This document shows, piece by piece, positions 1 to 9,502 of a stretch of 64,000 nt of DNA. Under the pieces are notes generated by a model, which was given only the letters and a program-made list of their open reading frames with translations, searched no databases and had not been told where the DNA came from. The DNA lies in assembly GCA_038890875.1 (NCBI GenBank), contig JAWAFA010000002.1:35356-99355 (forward strand). The letters run 5' to 3'. This DNA is from Candidatus Pacearchaeota archaeon. Lineage in GTDB: Archaea; Nanobdellota; Nanobdellia; Pacearchaeales; JAPDKA01. Each line of letters opens with the position of its first letter. The stretch's first letter is position 1. A program made the translations under genes and the position numbers.

Positions 1-89
1 GCATAGTTGATTGTGAAATTTTCTTCATAAGCATAGGCAAAGCTAATAATAAAAAATATAAAAAGAATAACTAAAAAAACTTTTTTCAT
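1..89 (-). CDS. N-terminal fragment (signal-peptide-like) of a secreted or membrane protein that continues past the left window edge
   Basis: Reverse strand has ATG at 89..87, then MKKVFLVILFIFFIISFAYAYEENFTINY, open to position 1. Absent from the ORF track because it is truncated. Confidence 0.35.
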   Translation of the reverse strand, partial: MKKVFLVILFIFFIISFAYAYEENFTINY

Positions 90-645
90 TTTTATACATT
101 TTCCTTGTTTTACCTCTTTTATTTTATAATAAAAAATTAATTTAAAAACTTTTCATATTTTAAAAATGCCCAGTTTGTAACCATTATTTTGGCACAAGAT
201 AAATGAAAAATTCTTGTTGTTTTTGAAGATTTTCCTTTTAATTGTCTTAGCAATTTCCTGCTCTACAAAATTGCCGACATGGCTTTTAAGCTGTGGCAAA
301 ATAGGATTTGAGTTTAGATCAGCTATAGAGGGAAAAGCGAGAGCTTTAAAATAAGCGCAATGAATGATTATGCATTTTCGCGAAATCTTTCAAAGAAAGA
401 TAAAAGCTCCAAATGTTTTTCTATTTGATTTAAAGGACTTGGCCAGAATTTTAAAATTATGAGAACTAAAAAATTAGGGTGAAGCTGAGCGGCAGAGCAA
501 AGGCAGAGAGTAGTCCGGAAACTCAACTTAGACCAATACTTCTTAATGAAGTTATGATAAAACATAAAATTTATATACCAAAAGAGAATATAACTGGTTG
601 AGCATAAAAAAATTAAACATATTCCGAGAAGGAAGGTAAGATAAG

Positions 646-2160
646 ATGAAATCTAATGGTGCAAATTTAGGTTTTGAACAAAAACTATGGCAAGCAGCAG
701 ACAAGTTAAGAAGCAATATGGATGCTGCAGAATATAAGCATATTGTTTTAGGCTTGATTTTCTTAAAATACATTTCTGACTCTTTTAAAGAAGTTTATGA
801 CGAATTGAAAAAAGATCCAGAAGCTGATCCAGAAGATGTTGATGAATATATTGCAAGAAGAGTTTTTTGGGTTCCTAAAGAAGCGCGATGGGAATACTTA
901 CAGGCTAATGCAAAAAAACCAGAGATAGGCGAGTTAATAGATCATGCGATGGATATTATCGAAAGAGACAATCCGTCATTAAAAGGAGTTCTTCCAAAAA
1001 TTTATGCTAGACCTGCATTAAGTAAACAACGCTTAGGAGAGCTAATAGATTTAATTGGTACTATTGGTTTAGGTGATAAAGAAAATAAAAGTAAAGATAT
1101 TCTTGGCAGAGTTTATGAATATTTTCTTGGACAATTTGCAGATGCTGAGGGCAAGAAAGGCGGCCAATTCTACACGCCTAGGTGCATTGTAAAATTACTT
1201 GTTGAAATGCTCGAACCATACAAAGGAAGGATATTTGACCCTTGCTGTGGTTCAGGAGGAATGTTTGTTCAATCAGAAAAATTTGTTGAGGCTCATGGCG
1301 GGAAAATAGGAGACATCTCAATTTACGGCCAAGAAAGCAATCAAACAACATGGCGTTTATGCAAAATGAACCTTGCGATAAGAAGAATTGATGCAAACAT
1401 AAAGTGGGGCGATTCATTTCATGATGATCAGTTTAAAGATTTAAAAGCAGATTTTATTCTTGCTAATCCTCCTTTTAATGACTCTGACTGGGGTGGCGAA
1501 TTATTACAGGAAGATGTTAGATGGAAGTTTGGTATTCCTCCAAAAGGAAATGCTAATTTTGCATGGGTTCAGCATTTTATCCATCATTTGTCACCAACAG
1601 GAATTGCTGGTTTTGTTCTTGCTAACGGCTCTTTAAGCTCAATGACTTCTAATGAAGGTGAGATAAGAAAAAATATTGTTAAAGCTGACTTAGTTGATTG
1701 CATAGTTGCTTTACCTTCTCAGTTGTTCTATAATACAATGATTCCAGCTTGCTTATGGTTTATTTCTCGTGATAAAAAAGATAACAAGTTTAAGGATAGA
1801 AGAGGCAAGATTTTGTTTATTGATGCAAGAAAAATGGGGGTGATGGTTGATAGGAGACATAGGGAATTGACAGATGAAGAAATAAAGAAAATTGCTGATA
1901 CATATCATGCATGGAGAGGAGAAAATAAACTTGAGTATAAAGATATTCCTGGCTTTTGTAAATCTGCCACATTAGAAGAAGTTGAAAAAAATAATTTTAT
2001 CTTAACACCAGGCCGTTATGTTGGCTTTGAAGAGCAAGAAGAGCCAGAAGAAGTTTTTGAAGAAAAAATGAAAAAGCTCACAGCAGAACTAAAACAACAA
2101 ATGGAAGAAAGCAAAAAGCTCGACGAAGAAATCAAAAGAAATTTGGAGATGCTGGGATAG
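646..2160 (+). CDS. hsdM: Type I restriction-modification system, DNA methyltransferase subunit HsdM
   Basis: N-terminal HsdM-type helix (LWQAADKLR), AdoMet motif [10 protein letters not shown], catalytic NPPF (FILANPPFN). First gene of an hsdM/S/R operon. Confidence 0.93.
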   Translation: MKSNGANLGFEQKLWQAADKLRSNMDAAEYKHIVLGLIFLKYISDSFKEVYDELKKDPEADPEDVDEYIARRVFWVPKEARWEYLQANAKKPEIGELIDHAMDIIERDNPSLKGVLPKIYARPALSKQRLGELIDLIGTIGLGDKENKSKDILGRVYEYFLGQFADAEGKKGGQFYTPRCIVKLLVEMLEPYKGRIFDPCCGSGGMFVQSEKFVEAHGGKIGDISIYGQESNQTTWRLCKMNLAIRRIDANIKWGDSFHDDQFKDLKADFILANPPFNDSDWGGELLQEDVRWKFGIPPKGNANFAWVQHFIHHLSPTGIAGFVLANGSLSSMTSNEGEIRKNIVKADLVDCIVALPSQLFYNTMIPACLWFISRDKKDNKFKDRRGKILFIDARKMGVMVDRRHRELTDEEIKKIADTYHAWRGENKLEYKDIPGFCKSATLEEVEKNNFILTPGRYVGFEEQEEPEEVFEEKMKKLTAELKQQMEESKKLDEEIKRNLEMLG

Positions 2161-2170
2161 AGAGTTTGAG

Positions 2171-4003
2171 ATGAAAATTAATGAAGATTTTTTATTAGCT
2201 GTTGATGATATATTTGGTATCTTGAACTGTATCAAAATAGTAAGTAATCTAGAGAATTTCAAAAATTGGTTAAAAAGTGAACATAAATTAAAAAATGTTG
2301 AAGGCGTGTTTGATGGATACAAGTTTTTTCTAGAATCTGCAATTAGGACATTTTTAAATACGTTAATTTACAATTCTTCTTTGGGCATAGATGAAGATTT
2401 TGTTTTTTATAGAGCAAGATTTGTAGGAGTAGAATTAAATAAAATACCTAACACTTGTGAAAAAACTATTTTGATTAAAAATATCAATGAAAAATTGAAA
2501 TTAATAAAGAAATCGAAGAATTATGAAGAATTAAAATCTGCTATAATCCAATTTAATAGTATTTTAGATATTTTCAAGATAATATATGATAATAATGTAG
2601 AAGTTAATCCTAAACTAAATATAAACAAAGATTTAGCTCTGAAGTATTTAACTATGTTTTATACATATATTTATCTGAATGATACTTCAAGATTTATACC
2701 ACATGGATATTGGGTCAGCATATTGAATAACGAAATTCCGCCCGAAAAGCTCAAGAAAAATTTCAAAGGATATAAATATACTCTTCAATTTTTATGGTCT
2801 GTCTTATTAGGAGAAAAATATGTTTCAACGAGTATTGCTAATTTACATAAAGCCGATGATTGGAGTAGTGAAGATGATTTCCTGTTTGATTTAAGTCGTG
2901 AAAATAAAACAATAACTCAAAGAGAAGATTTAGATAGTTATTTTAGAAAGATTCGAAAGGAAATAATCGAGCCAATAGAGAAGGAATTAAAGATAAATTT
3001 AAATTTCACTAAAATTCTTTACTTGAGAAATAAAATTTTAAAAAAGATTTTTAAAGATTTATTAAAACAACCTAAAGAGCCGCAATTAAATGAAAAAGAG
3101 AAATTGGATTATAATTTATTATGGTATCAGATTGAGTTTTTGGATTCTTCAAAGATCCGTATTTTCGATGGAGTGCCAGCCTTTATTTCATTATTAGTTG
3201 GAACTGCTGAACTTAAAAGAATATTTTCAGAAAATGAAAAGGCGTATATTTGTAAATTTATCCATCCGAATAAATCAGTAAATGGGAATGATTTTAGTTA
3301 TGGGGTTTTAATAGAGGCGTTTGGAAGTATTGGTGATTACTCAGGTTGGATTTTGTTTTTTGATTGTTGTGGCGATTATTCGGGACTTTCTGGTTCTGAG
3401 CATACTATGGCCGAAAAGTTTATTGAAGAATACAAAAAGAAAGGCCGGATAGAAGTCAGAGAAATGACTATAAGTAAAGATAAACTAAAAGAATATATTG
3501 CTGATAAAATAACAAGTGGGAAAAGAGAAGAAATTTTGCAGGCTCTAAAAAAAGAAGCTAGAATAAGACAAGAAAGAGATATTATTAGCGAAGCACAAGG
3601 TTTAGTTCTTGAACTGATAACTTATTATACTCTTTCAAAAAAGATTTATGATTTAGTTGATTGGAATGTAAATCTAAATAAAGATCAATTAGACATAATC
3701 GTAGAAACAAAAAATGAATTTAAACTTATAGAGTGCAAGTCTACTCCTAATAACATAAACATAAATGACGAGATCAATAAATTAAGAACAAAATTGAAAA
3801 ATTGTAACACAAATAAGACTAAGAAAGGTGAATTTTGGTTTTGGATACGACCTACAGAAAACATAATTAAAAAACTAAATAAAGAGGGGATAAGTTTTGT
3901 AGTAGTTTCTGAGTTAATAGATTTGGATGATATTTGGAAAAACAAAAAGAAAGACAAACTTAAAACAATTTTTAATTTTAATAAAAAAATAATGAGGAAT
4001 TAG
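2171..4003 (+). CDS. Uncharacterised 610-aa protein with a C-terminal PD-(D/E)XK nuclease-like motif, embedded in the Type I R-M operon
   Basis: Long ORF starting 10 nt after hsdM and ending 4 nt before hsdS. C-terminal pattern: E481 (LVLELI), D508 (QLDIIV), E521-C-K523 (LIECK). Duplicated GDYSG motif at residues 388-405. I recognise no named family. Confidence 0.6.
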   Translation: MKINEDFLLAVDDIFGILNCIKIVSNLENFKNWLKSEHKLKNVEGVFDGYKFFLESAIRTFLNTLIYNSSLGIDEDFVFYRARFVGVELNKIPNTCEKTILIKNINEKLKLIKKSKNYEELKSAIIQFNSILDIFKIIYDNNVEVNPKLNINKDLALKYLTMFYTYIYLNDTSRFIPHGYWVSILNNEIPPEKLKKNFKGYKYTLQFLWSVLLGEKYVSTSIANLHKADDWSSEDDFLFDLSRENKTITQREDLDSYFRKIRKEIIEPIEKELKINLNFTKILYLRNKILKKIFKDLLKQPKEPQLNEKEKLDYNLLWYQIEFLDSSKIRIFDGVPAFISLLVGTAELKRIFSENEKAYICKFIHPNKSVNGNDFSYGVLIEAFGSIGDYSGWILFFDCCGDYSGLSGSEHTMAEKFIEEYKKKGRIEVREMTISKDKLKEYIADKITSGKREEILQALKKEARIRQERDIISEAQGLVLELITYYTLSKKIYDLVDWNVNLNKDQLDIIVETKNEFKLIECKSTPNNININDEINKLRTKLKNCNTNKTKKGEFWFWIRPTENIIKKLNKEGISFVVVSELIDLDDIWKNKKKDKLKTIFNFNKKIMRN

Positions 4004-4007
4004 AAAT

Positions 4008-5288
4008 ATGAAACCCCAAACCCAAACTAAAAAATTCAAACAAACCGAAATCGGAATGATTCCTGAGGATTGGGAAGAAACAACAATTGGGGTTATCTGC
4101 AATATTAAAAATGGTAAAACTAACACGCAGGATGCTGTAGAGGATGGAGAATACCCTTTATTTGATCGTTCAGCGCAAATTAAACGAAGTAACAAATTTA
4201 TATTTGATTGTGAAGCAATAATTGTGCCTGGTGAAGGAAAAGAATTTCTACCACGATATTTTGAAGGGAAATTTGATTTACACCAAAGATCTTATGCTAT
4301 TTGGAAAAAAGAAAATGTTAATCTAAAGTTTGTTTATTATTGGATTCTTAAAAATAGAGATTATCTCTCTAGAGTTGCTGTTGGTTCTACTGTTAGATCT
4401 CTAAGAATTGGTCATTTACAAAGTTTTCCATTAGGTTTACCTCCCCTTCCCGAGCAACGCGCCATTGCTAAAGTTCTTTCGGCATTTGATGATAAAATCG
4501 AATTATTGCAAAAAATGAACAAAACCCTTGAGGCAATTGGCCAGGCAATTTTCAAGCACTGGTTTGTTGATTTTGAATTTCCAAACGAGGAAGGCAAGCC
4601 CTACAAGTCATCAGGAGGAGAAATGGTTTATAATGAAGAATTAGGCAAAGAAATACCGAAGGGGTGGAGGGTTGGAAAGTTGGGGGAGATTGGAATTTTC
4701 AAAAATGGAGTTAATTATCTAAGAGATGGAAAAGGAGATACAGAATTTTTTATTGTGAATGTTAGAGACATAGCAAATAATAAATTTCTATTAAAAGAGA
4801 AATTAGATAAGATAAGGATAGAATATAATAAAGCAAAAGATTATTTATTATTACCAAACGATATCATTATTGCAAGGAGTGCAAGCCCTGGGGAGGTTTC
4901 TCTGGTTGTTGGCGATACTAATAATATAATTTTCTCGGGGTTCAGCATTCGCTTAAGATTACATAATATTAATAATTGGTTGTATATTTTTTTATTATTG
5001 CAGAATCTAAAACAACAATTAACTAGTTTTTCTATAGGAACGACACTTACTAGTGTTAATCAAGAAACATTAAAAAATATGCCAATCATTCTACCATCTG
5101 AAACTGTTTTAAGTAATTTTAATAAAATCATTGAAATTGTCTTTAACAGGATTGCATATAATCTCAATCAGTTCCTCACTCTCTCCGCTCTTCGCGATTC
5201 TCTCCTTCCTAAACTTATGTCTGGCAAAATCAGAGTTCCTGTGGAGATGATAAAAGAAATGGAAAAGGAGATTGAAAAATCTGCTTAA
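4008..5288 (+). CDS. hsdS: Type I restriction-modification system, specificity subunit HsdS
   Basis: Two target-recognition halves separated by the conserved central helix (LPPLPEQRAIAKVLSAFDDKIELL). Conserved C-terminal helix (LRDSLLPKLMSGKIRV). Confidence 0.9.
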   Translation: MKPQTQTKKFKQTEIGMIPEDWEETTIGVICNIKNGKTNTQDAVEDGEYPLFDRSAQIKRSNKFIFDCEAIIVPGEGKEFLPRYFEGKFDLHQRSYAIWKKENVNLKFVYYWILKNRDYLSRVAVGSTVRSLRIGHLQSFPLGLPPLPEQRAIAKVLSAFDDKIELLQKMNKTLEAIGQAIFKHWFVDFEFPNEEGKPYKSSGGEMVYNEELGKEIPKGWRVGKLGEIGIFKNGVNYLRDGKGDTEFFIVNVRDIANNKFLLKEKLDKIRIEYNKAKDYLLLPNDIIIARSASPGEVSLVVGDTNNIIFSGFSIRLRLHNINNWLYIFLLLQNLKQQLTSFSIGTTLTSVNQETLKNMPIILPSETVLSNFNKIIEIVFNRIAYNLNQFLTLSALRDSLLPKLMSGKIRVPVEMIKEMEKEIEKSA

Positions 5289-5295
5289 AGCAAAA

Positions 5296-5395
5296 TGTTA
5301 ATATTTTTTAACACTTGTTAATTATTTTTAACATTAGATTTTATTATGGTTTAATTTTCAAAAGATTTAAATATTAATGTTAATTATTCTTAACA
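5296..5395. promoter_or_regulatory. Internal promoter/operator region: three copies of the palindrome TGTTAA-N6-TTAACA plus a TATA-like box
   Basis: Palindromes at 5296..5313, 5316..5333 and 5378..5395. The first two are spaced 20 bp apart. TTTAAATA sits at 5366..5373, about 24 nt before the ATG at 5397. The third palindrome lies between the TATA box and the start codon. Confidence 0.5.
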
Positions 5396-5396
5396 T

Positions 5397-5909
5397 ATGT
5401 TAGAAATATTTAACACTTTGAAACCTTTCTTTGAAGATTGTTATAGACGTATTAATGTTCGCGAATATGCAAGAATTCAAAAAATAAGCCCTCCGACAGC
5501 TTCAAAGATTCTTGAAAAATTGCATAAAGAAGGTTTGCTAAAAAAAGAAAAAGAGAATCTTTATAATTATTATTTCGCAAATAAAGATTCTGAGTTTTTC
5601 ATAGAATTATCAAGAATTTATTGGAAAAGAATATTAGAAGATTCAGGATTGTTAGAAGAGCTAGAAAAAAACCTGCTAAATCCGATAATTTATCTTTTTG
5701 GTTCTTTATCAAAAGCAGAAGCGAAAGTTGATTCTGACATTGATATAGCAATTTTTACACCAAAGAAAAAAGAAATTAATCTTGAAAAATTTGAAAAACT
5801 TCTAAAAAGGAAAATACAGATTTTTGTTTTTAAGGATATGAAAGATGTAAAAAATGAAGAACTGCTTAAAAATATACTAAATGGATTTAAAATAAAAGGA
5901 AGCTGGTAA
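5397..5909 (+). CDS. Minimal nucleotidyltransferase (MNT) with an N-terminal winged-helix DNA-binding domain
   Basis: wHTH-like segment VREYARIQKISPPTASKILEKLHKEGLL. Pol-beta NTase motif GSLSKAEAKVDSDIDIAIF. Confidence 0.8.
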   Translation: MLEIFNTLKPFFEDCYRRINVREYARIQKISPPTASKILEKLHKEGLLKKEKENLYNYYFANKDSEFFIELSRIYWKRILEDSGLLEELEKNLLNPIIYLFGSLSKAEAKVDSDIDIAIFTPKKKEINLEKFEKLLKRKIQIFVFKDMKDVKNEELLKNILNGFKIKGSW

Positions 5910-6314
5910 ATGGACTGGAAAGAGTGCTTAAAACAAAGAATTGTGAAAGAAACAAAAGAAGATAAAAATCTAGTAAAATCTTTATTAGAAACAGCAGAAA
6001 TAAAATTAAAGTCTGCTGATTCTTTGGCCGATGAATTTTTTATAAGTAAAATTTCTCTATTATATGATTCTCTAAGAGAAATTCTAGAAGCACTAGCTAT
6101 TAAAAAAGGATTTAGGATTTATAACCATGAATGCTATGTTGCTTTTCTAAAGGAGATAATGGGTTTATCAAGAGAAGCAGAAATTTTTAATAATTTGAGA
6201 AAAACTAGAAATGATATAAATTATTATGGAAAAAAACTTGAAAAAGAAGAAGCAAAAGTAATTATAGGAAAATTAAAGAATTTAATTTCGAAATTTAAAA
6301 ATGTGATAAAATGA
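5910..6314 (+). CDS. HEPN-domain protein, partner of the preceding MNT
   Basis: About 130 aa and all-helical. Starts at the base after the MNT stop and overlaps hsdR by 4 nt. Motif [12 protein letters not shown] resembles the HEPN Rx4-6H region but has Tyr where His is expected. Confidence 0.65.
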   Translation: MDWKECLKQRIVKETKEDKNLVKSLLETAEIKLKSADSLADEFFISKISLLYDSLREILEALAIKKGFRIYNHECYVAFLKEIMGLSREAEIFNNLRKTRNDINYYGKKLEKEEAKVIIGKLKNLISKFKNVIK

Positions 6315-9300
6315 AAAAAGCAATCTCTGAATCAGATGTTGAAGAATTTGTTTTGTCTTTGCTAGAGAAATTAGGTTATGAAATAATCAGAGGGAATAAT
6401 GAGAATTACTTGCCAAATGGAAAATATGCGCTAAGGCAAAGATATGAAGATGTTGTGCTTGTTGATAGATTGCGACAGGCTTTGAGAAGGATTAATCCAC
6501 AGGTATCAGAAGAAGCTAGAGAACAAGTAATAAAAGAAATTCTAAGAATAGGAAGCCAAAAGTTGCTTGTTGACAATGAAACCTTTCACAGAATGCTTAC
6601 TGATGGAGTCAGCATTCCTATAAAAAAAGAAGGTGAAGAAAGACACGTTTTGATTAATCTATTTGATTTTAAAGATATAAAAAATAATGATTTTCTCGCT
6701 GTTAATCAATTTACAGTAATAGAAAAAGATGAAAGAAGACTTGATATTGTTTTATTTGTTAATGGTTTGCCTCTAGTTGTTATAGAGTTAAAAAATCCTA
6801 CTGATGAAAATGCAACAATCTGGACAGCATATAATCAACTTCAAACATATAAAGAGCAGATACCATCTTTGTTCAAGTATAATGAAATTTTAGTTATTAG
6901 TGATGGAATAGAAGCAAGAGCAGGTACAATTACATCTGAGCCAGAGAGGTTTATGCAGTGGAAAACAATAGATGGAGAAAAACCAAAAAAGGGGTTAACA
7001 GAGATAGAAATTTTAATTAGAGGTATGTTTGGCAAAAACAGACTTCTGGATATTGTAAGAAACTTTATTGTTTTTGAAAAAGATAAAGAAACAAAAAAGA
7101 AATTAGCGGCATATCACCAATATTGGGCGGCAAATAAAGCAATAGAATCAACATTGCAAGCAAGAAAAACAAACAAAAAAGCAGGCATTGTATGGCATAC
7201 TCAAGGTTCTGGAAAATCTTTAACAATGATTTTTTATGCTGGAAAAATAATCCGAGAGATGGATAATCCAACAATAGTTGTTATTACAGATAGAAATGAT
7301 CTTGATGACCAGTTATTTGGAACTTTTAGCAAGTGTCAAGATATATTAAGGCAAAAACCAGTTAAGGCAAACACAAGAAAAGAATTAATGGAATTGCTTA
7401 AAGTTTCTTCTGGTGGAGTTGTCTTTACAACAATTCAAAAATTCTTTCCTGAAGAGGATAGAGAAAAATACCCTACACTATCAGAGCGAGATAATATTAT
7501 TGTAATAGCGGATGAAGCTCATAGAAGTCAATATGGATTTCCTGCAAAAATACTAAAGAAAGAAGATAAAGCATTAATTACTTATGGCTATGCAAAGTAC
7601 TTAAGAGATGCTTTACCAAATGCTTCATTTATTGGTTTCACAGGAACTCCAATAGAAAAAGCAGATAGATCAACACCAGCAGTATTTGGAAAATATGTTG
7701 ATGTTTATGATATAGAACAAGCAGTGAATGACGGCGCTACTGTAAGAATATTTTATGAAAGTAGATTGGCAAAGTTAGATTTAAAACCAGAAGAAAGACC
7801 AAAGATTGATCCTGAATTTGAGGAGGTAACAGAAGGCGAAGAAGTAGAACATAAAGAAAAATTAAAGAGCAAATGGGCAAGACTCGAAAAGATTGCAGGC
7901 GCTCCTAAAAGAATAAGAAGGATTGCAAAAGACATCGTGAATCATTTTGAGCAAAGGCTTTCTGTTCTTGATGGAAAAGGAATGATTGTATGCATGTCAA
8001 GAAGAATATGTATTGACCTTTATAATGAGATAATAAAACTAAGGCCAGAGTGGCATAATCAAGATGATGATAAAGGCTTTATCAAAGTCGTAATAACAGG
8101 CTCTGCTTCTGACCCGAAAGAATGGCAGCAATATATAAGAAACAAAGCCAGAAGAAAGAAAATAGGTGATAATTTTAAAGACCCAAAACATGAAACTAAA
8201 TTGCTTATTGTAAGAGATATGTTCTTGACAGGTTTTGATGTACCATCTTTACATACAATGTATCTTGATAAACCAATGAAGGGCCATACTTTAATGCAAG
8301 CTATAGCGAGAGTAAACAGAGTTTATCCTGGAAAGGAAGGTGGTTTAGTTGTTGACTATATGGGTGTTGGTGCTGAATTGAAAAAAGCTTTGATGGAGTA
8401 CACAGAAAGCGGGGGTAAAGGGAAACCAACACTAGATCAAGAAGAGGCAGTAAGATTAATGTTAGAAAAATATGAAATTGTAAAAGATATGTTTTATGGT
8501 TTTAATTACAAGAAATTTTTTGAGCTTTCGCCAAAAGAAAGGTTAGCTTTCATACCAAATGCAATAGAGCATATACTAAAAGAGCCTGGTAAAAAAGAAA
8601 GATTTGAAAAAGAAGCCACTGCTCTTGTTAAAGCATTTTCTTTAGCAGTTCCTCATGAAAAGGCAATGAAAATTAAGGAAGAAGTTGGTTTCTTCCAGGC
8701 ATTAAAATCAACAATATCAAAAACAATTGAAACTAAAAAAGACACAAAGGAACAGTACGAAACAGCGATCAAACAGATTATCTCAAAAGCAGTAATCTCT
8801 GATAGAATTATAGATATATTTGAAGCTGCTGGAATTCAAAAGCCGGAACTTTCTATTCTATCAGAGGGCTTTTTGGCCGAAGTAAAAGAGATGCCTCAGA
8901 AAAACTTAGCATTTGAAGCGCTAAAAAAATTATTGAACGATGAGATTAAAATAATTTCAAAAAGAAACCTTGTTCAAGGCAAATCTTTTATGGAGATGCT
9001 AGACAGAACAATAAAAAAATATACGAATAGAGCTGTAGAGGCCGCGCAAGTTATAGAAGAATTAATAGAGTTAGCAAGAAAAGTTAGAGAAGAAAAAAAC
9101 AGAGGAAAAGAGTTAGGAATGAGTGAAGATGAACTTGCATTTTATGATGCACTTGAAGTTAATGATAGCGCGGTTAAAATACTTGGTGATGAGACTCTAC
9201 GAAAAATAGCACTCGAACTAACACAAATGATAAGAAAAAGTGTTACAATAGACTGGACACAAAGAGAAAGTGTTCAAGCAGAGTTGCGCCTCAAAGTAAA

Positions 9301-9406
9301 GAAAATACTAAGAAAATACGGCTATCCACCTGATAAAGAGAAAAAGGCAACAGAAACAGTTTTAAAACAGGCAGAGTTAGTTGCCGGAAATTTAGTTGGT
9401 GTGTGA
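6311..9406 (+). CDS. hsdR: Type I restriction enzyme, restriction (helicase/endonuclease) subunit HsdR
   Basis: N-terminal nuclease core ([17 protein letters not shown]). SF2 motifs: [12 protein letters not shown] ([10 protein letters not shown]), [12 protein letters not shown]. Confidence 0.93.
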   Translation: MKKAISESDVEEFVLSLLEKLGYEIIRGNNENYLPNGKYALRQRYEDVVLVDRLRQALRRINPQVSEEAREQVIKEILRIGSQKLLVDNETFHRMLTDGVSIPIKKEGEERHVLINLFDFKDIKNNDFLAVNQFTVIEKDERRLDIVLFVNGLPLVVIELKNPTDENATIWTAYNQLQTYKEQIPSLFKYNEILVISDGIEARAGTITSEPERFMQWKTIDGEKPKKGLTEIEILIRGMFGKNRLLDIVRNFIVFEKDKETKKKLAAYHQYWAANKAIESTLQARKTNKKAGIVWHTQGSGKSLTMIFYAGKIIREMDNPTIVVITDRNDLDDQLFGTFSKCQDILRQKPVKANTRKELMELLKVSSGGVVFTTIQKFFPEEDREKYPTLSERDNIIVIADEAHRSQYGFPAKILKKEDKALITYGYAKYLRDALPNASFIGFTGTPIEKADRSTPAVFGKYVDVYDIEQAVNDGATVRIFYESRLAKLDLKPEERPKIDPEFEEVTEGEEVEHKEKLKSKWARLEKIAGAPKRIRRIAKDIVNHFEQRLSVLDGKGMIVCMSRRICIDLYNEIIKLRPEWHNQDDDKGFIKVVITGSASDPKEWQQYIRNKARRKKIGDNFKDPKHETKLLIVRDMFLTGFDVPSLHTMYLDKPMKGHTLMQAIARVNRVYPGKEGGLVVDYMGVGAELKKALMEYTESGGKGKPTLDQEEAVRLMLEKYEIVKDMFYGFNYKKFFELSPKERLAFIPNAIEHILKEPGKKERFEKEATALVKAFSLAVPHEKAMKIKEEVGFFQALKSTISKTIETKKDTKEQYETAIKQIISKAVISDRIIDIFEAAGIQKPELSILSEGFLAEVKEMPQKNLAFEALKKLLNDEIKIISKRNLVQGKSFMEMLDRTIKKYTNRAVEAAQVIEELIELARKVREEKNRGKELGMSEDELAFYDALEVNDSAVKILGDETLRKIALELTQMIRKSVTIDWTQRESVQAELRLKVKKILRKYGYPPDKEKKATETVLKQAELVAGNLVGV

Positions 9407-9502
9407 GGCCAGACATTTGCCAATTCATTTAACTTAAGAAATCTCCACGTTATTGCGAACGATTGTGGCAAGATTTTTAAAAACTAAATTCATGCTTTTT
9501 TT

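Noticed and set aside
368-773. Two minus-strand track ORFs (368..565 and 552..773) upstream of and overlapping the hsdM start.
   Set aside because: They have low-complexity hydrophobic translations and no motifs, and the second overlaps the well-supported hsdM start. The region 90..645 has several short stop-interrupted frames and may hold decayed gene fragments, but I cannot support a call.
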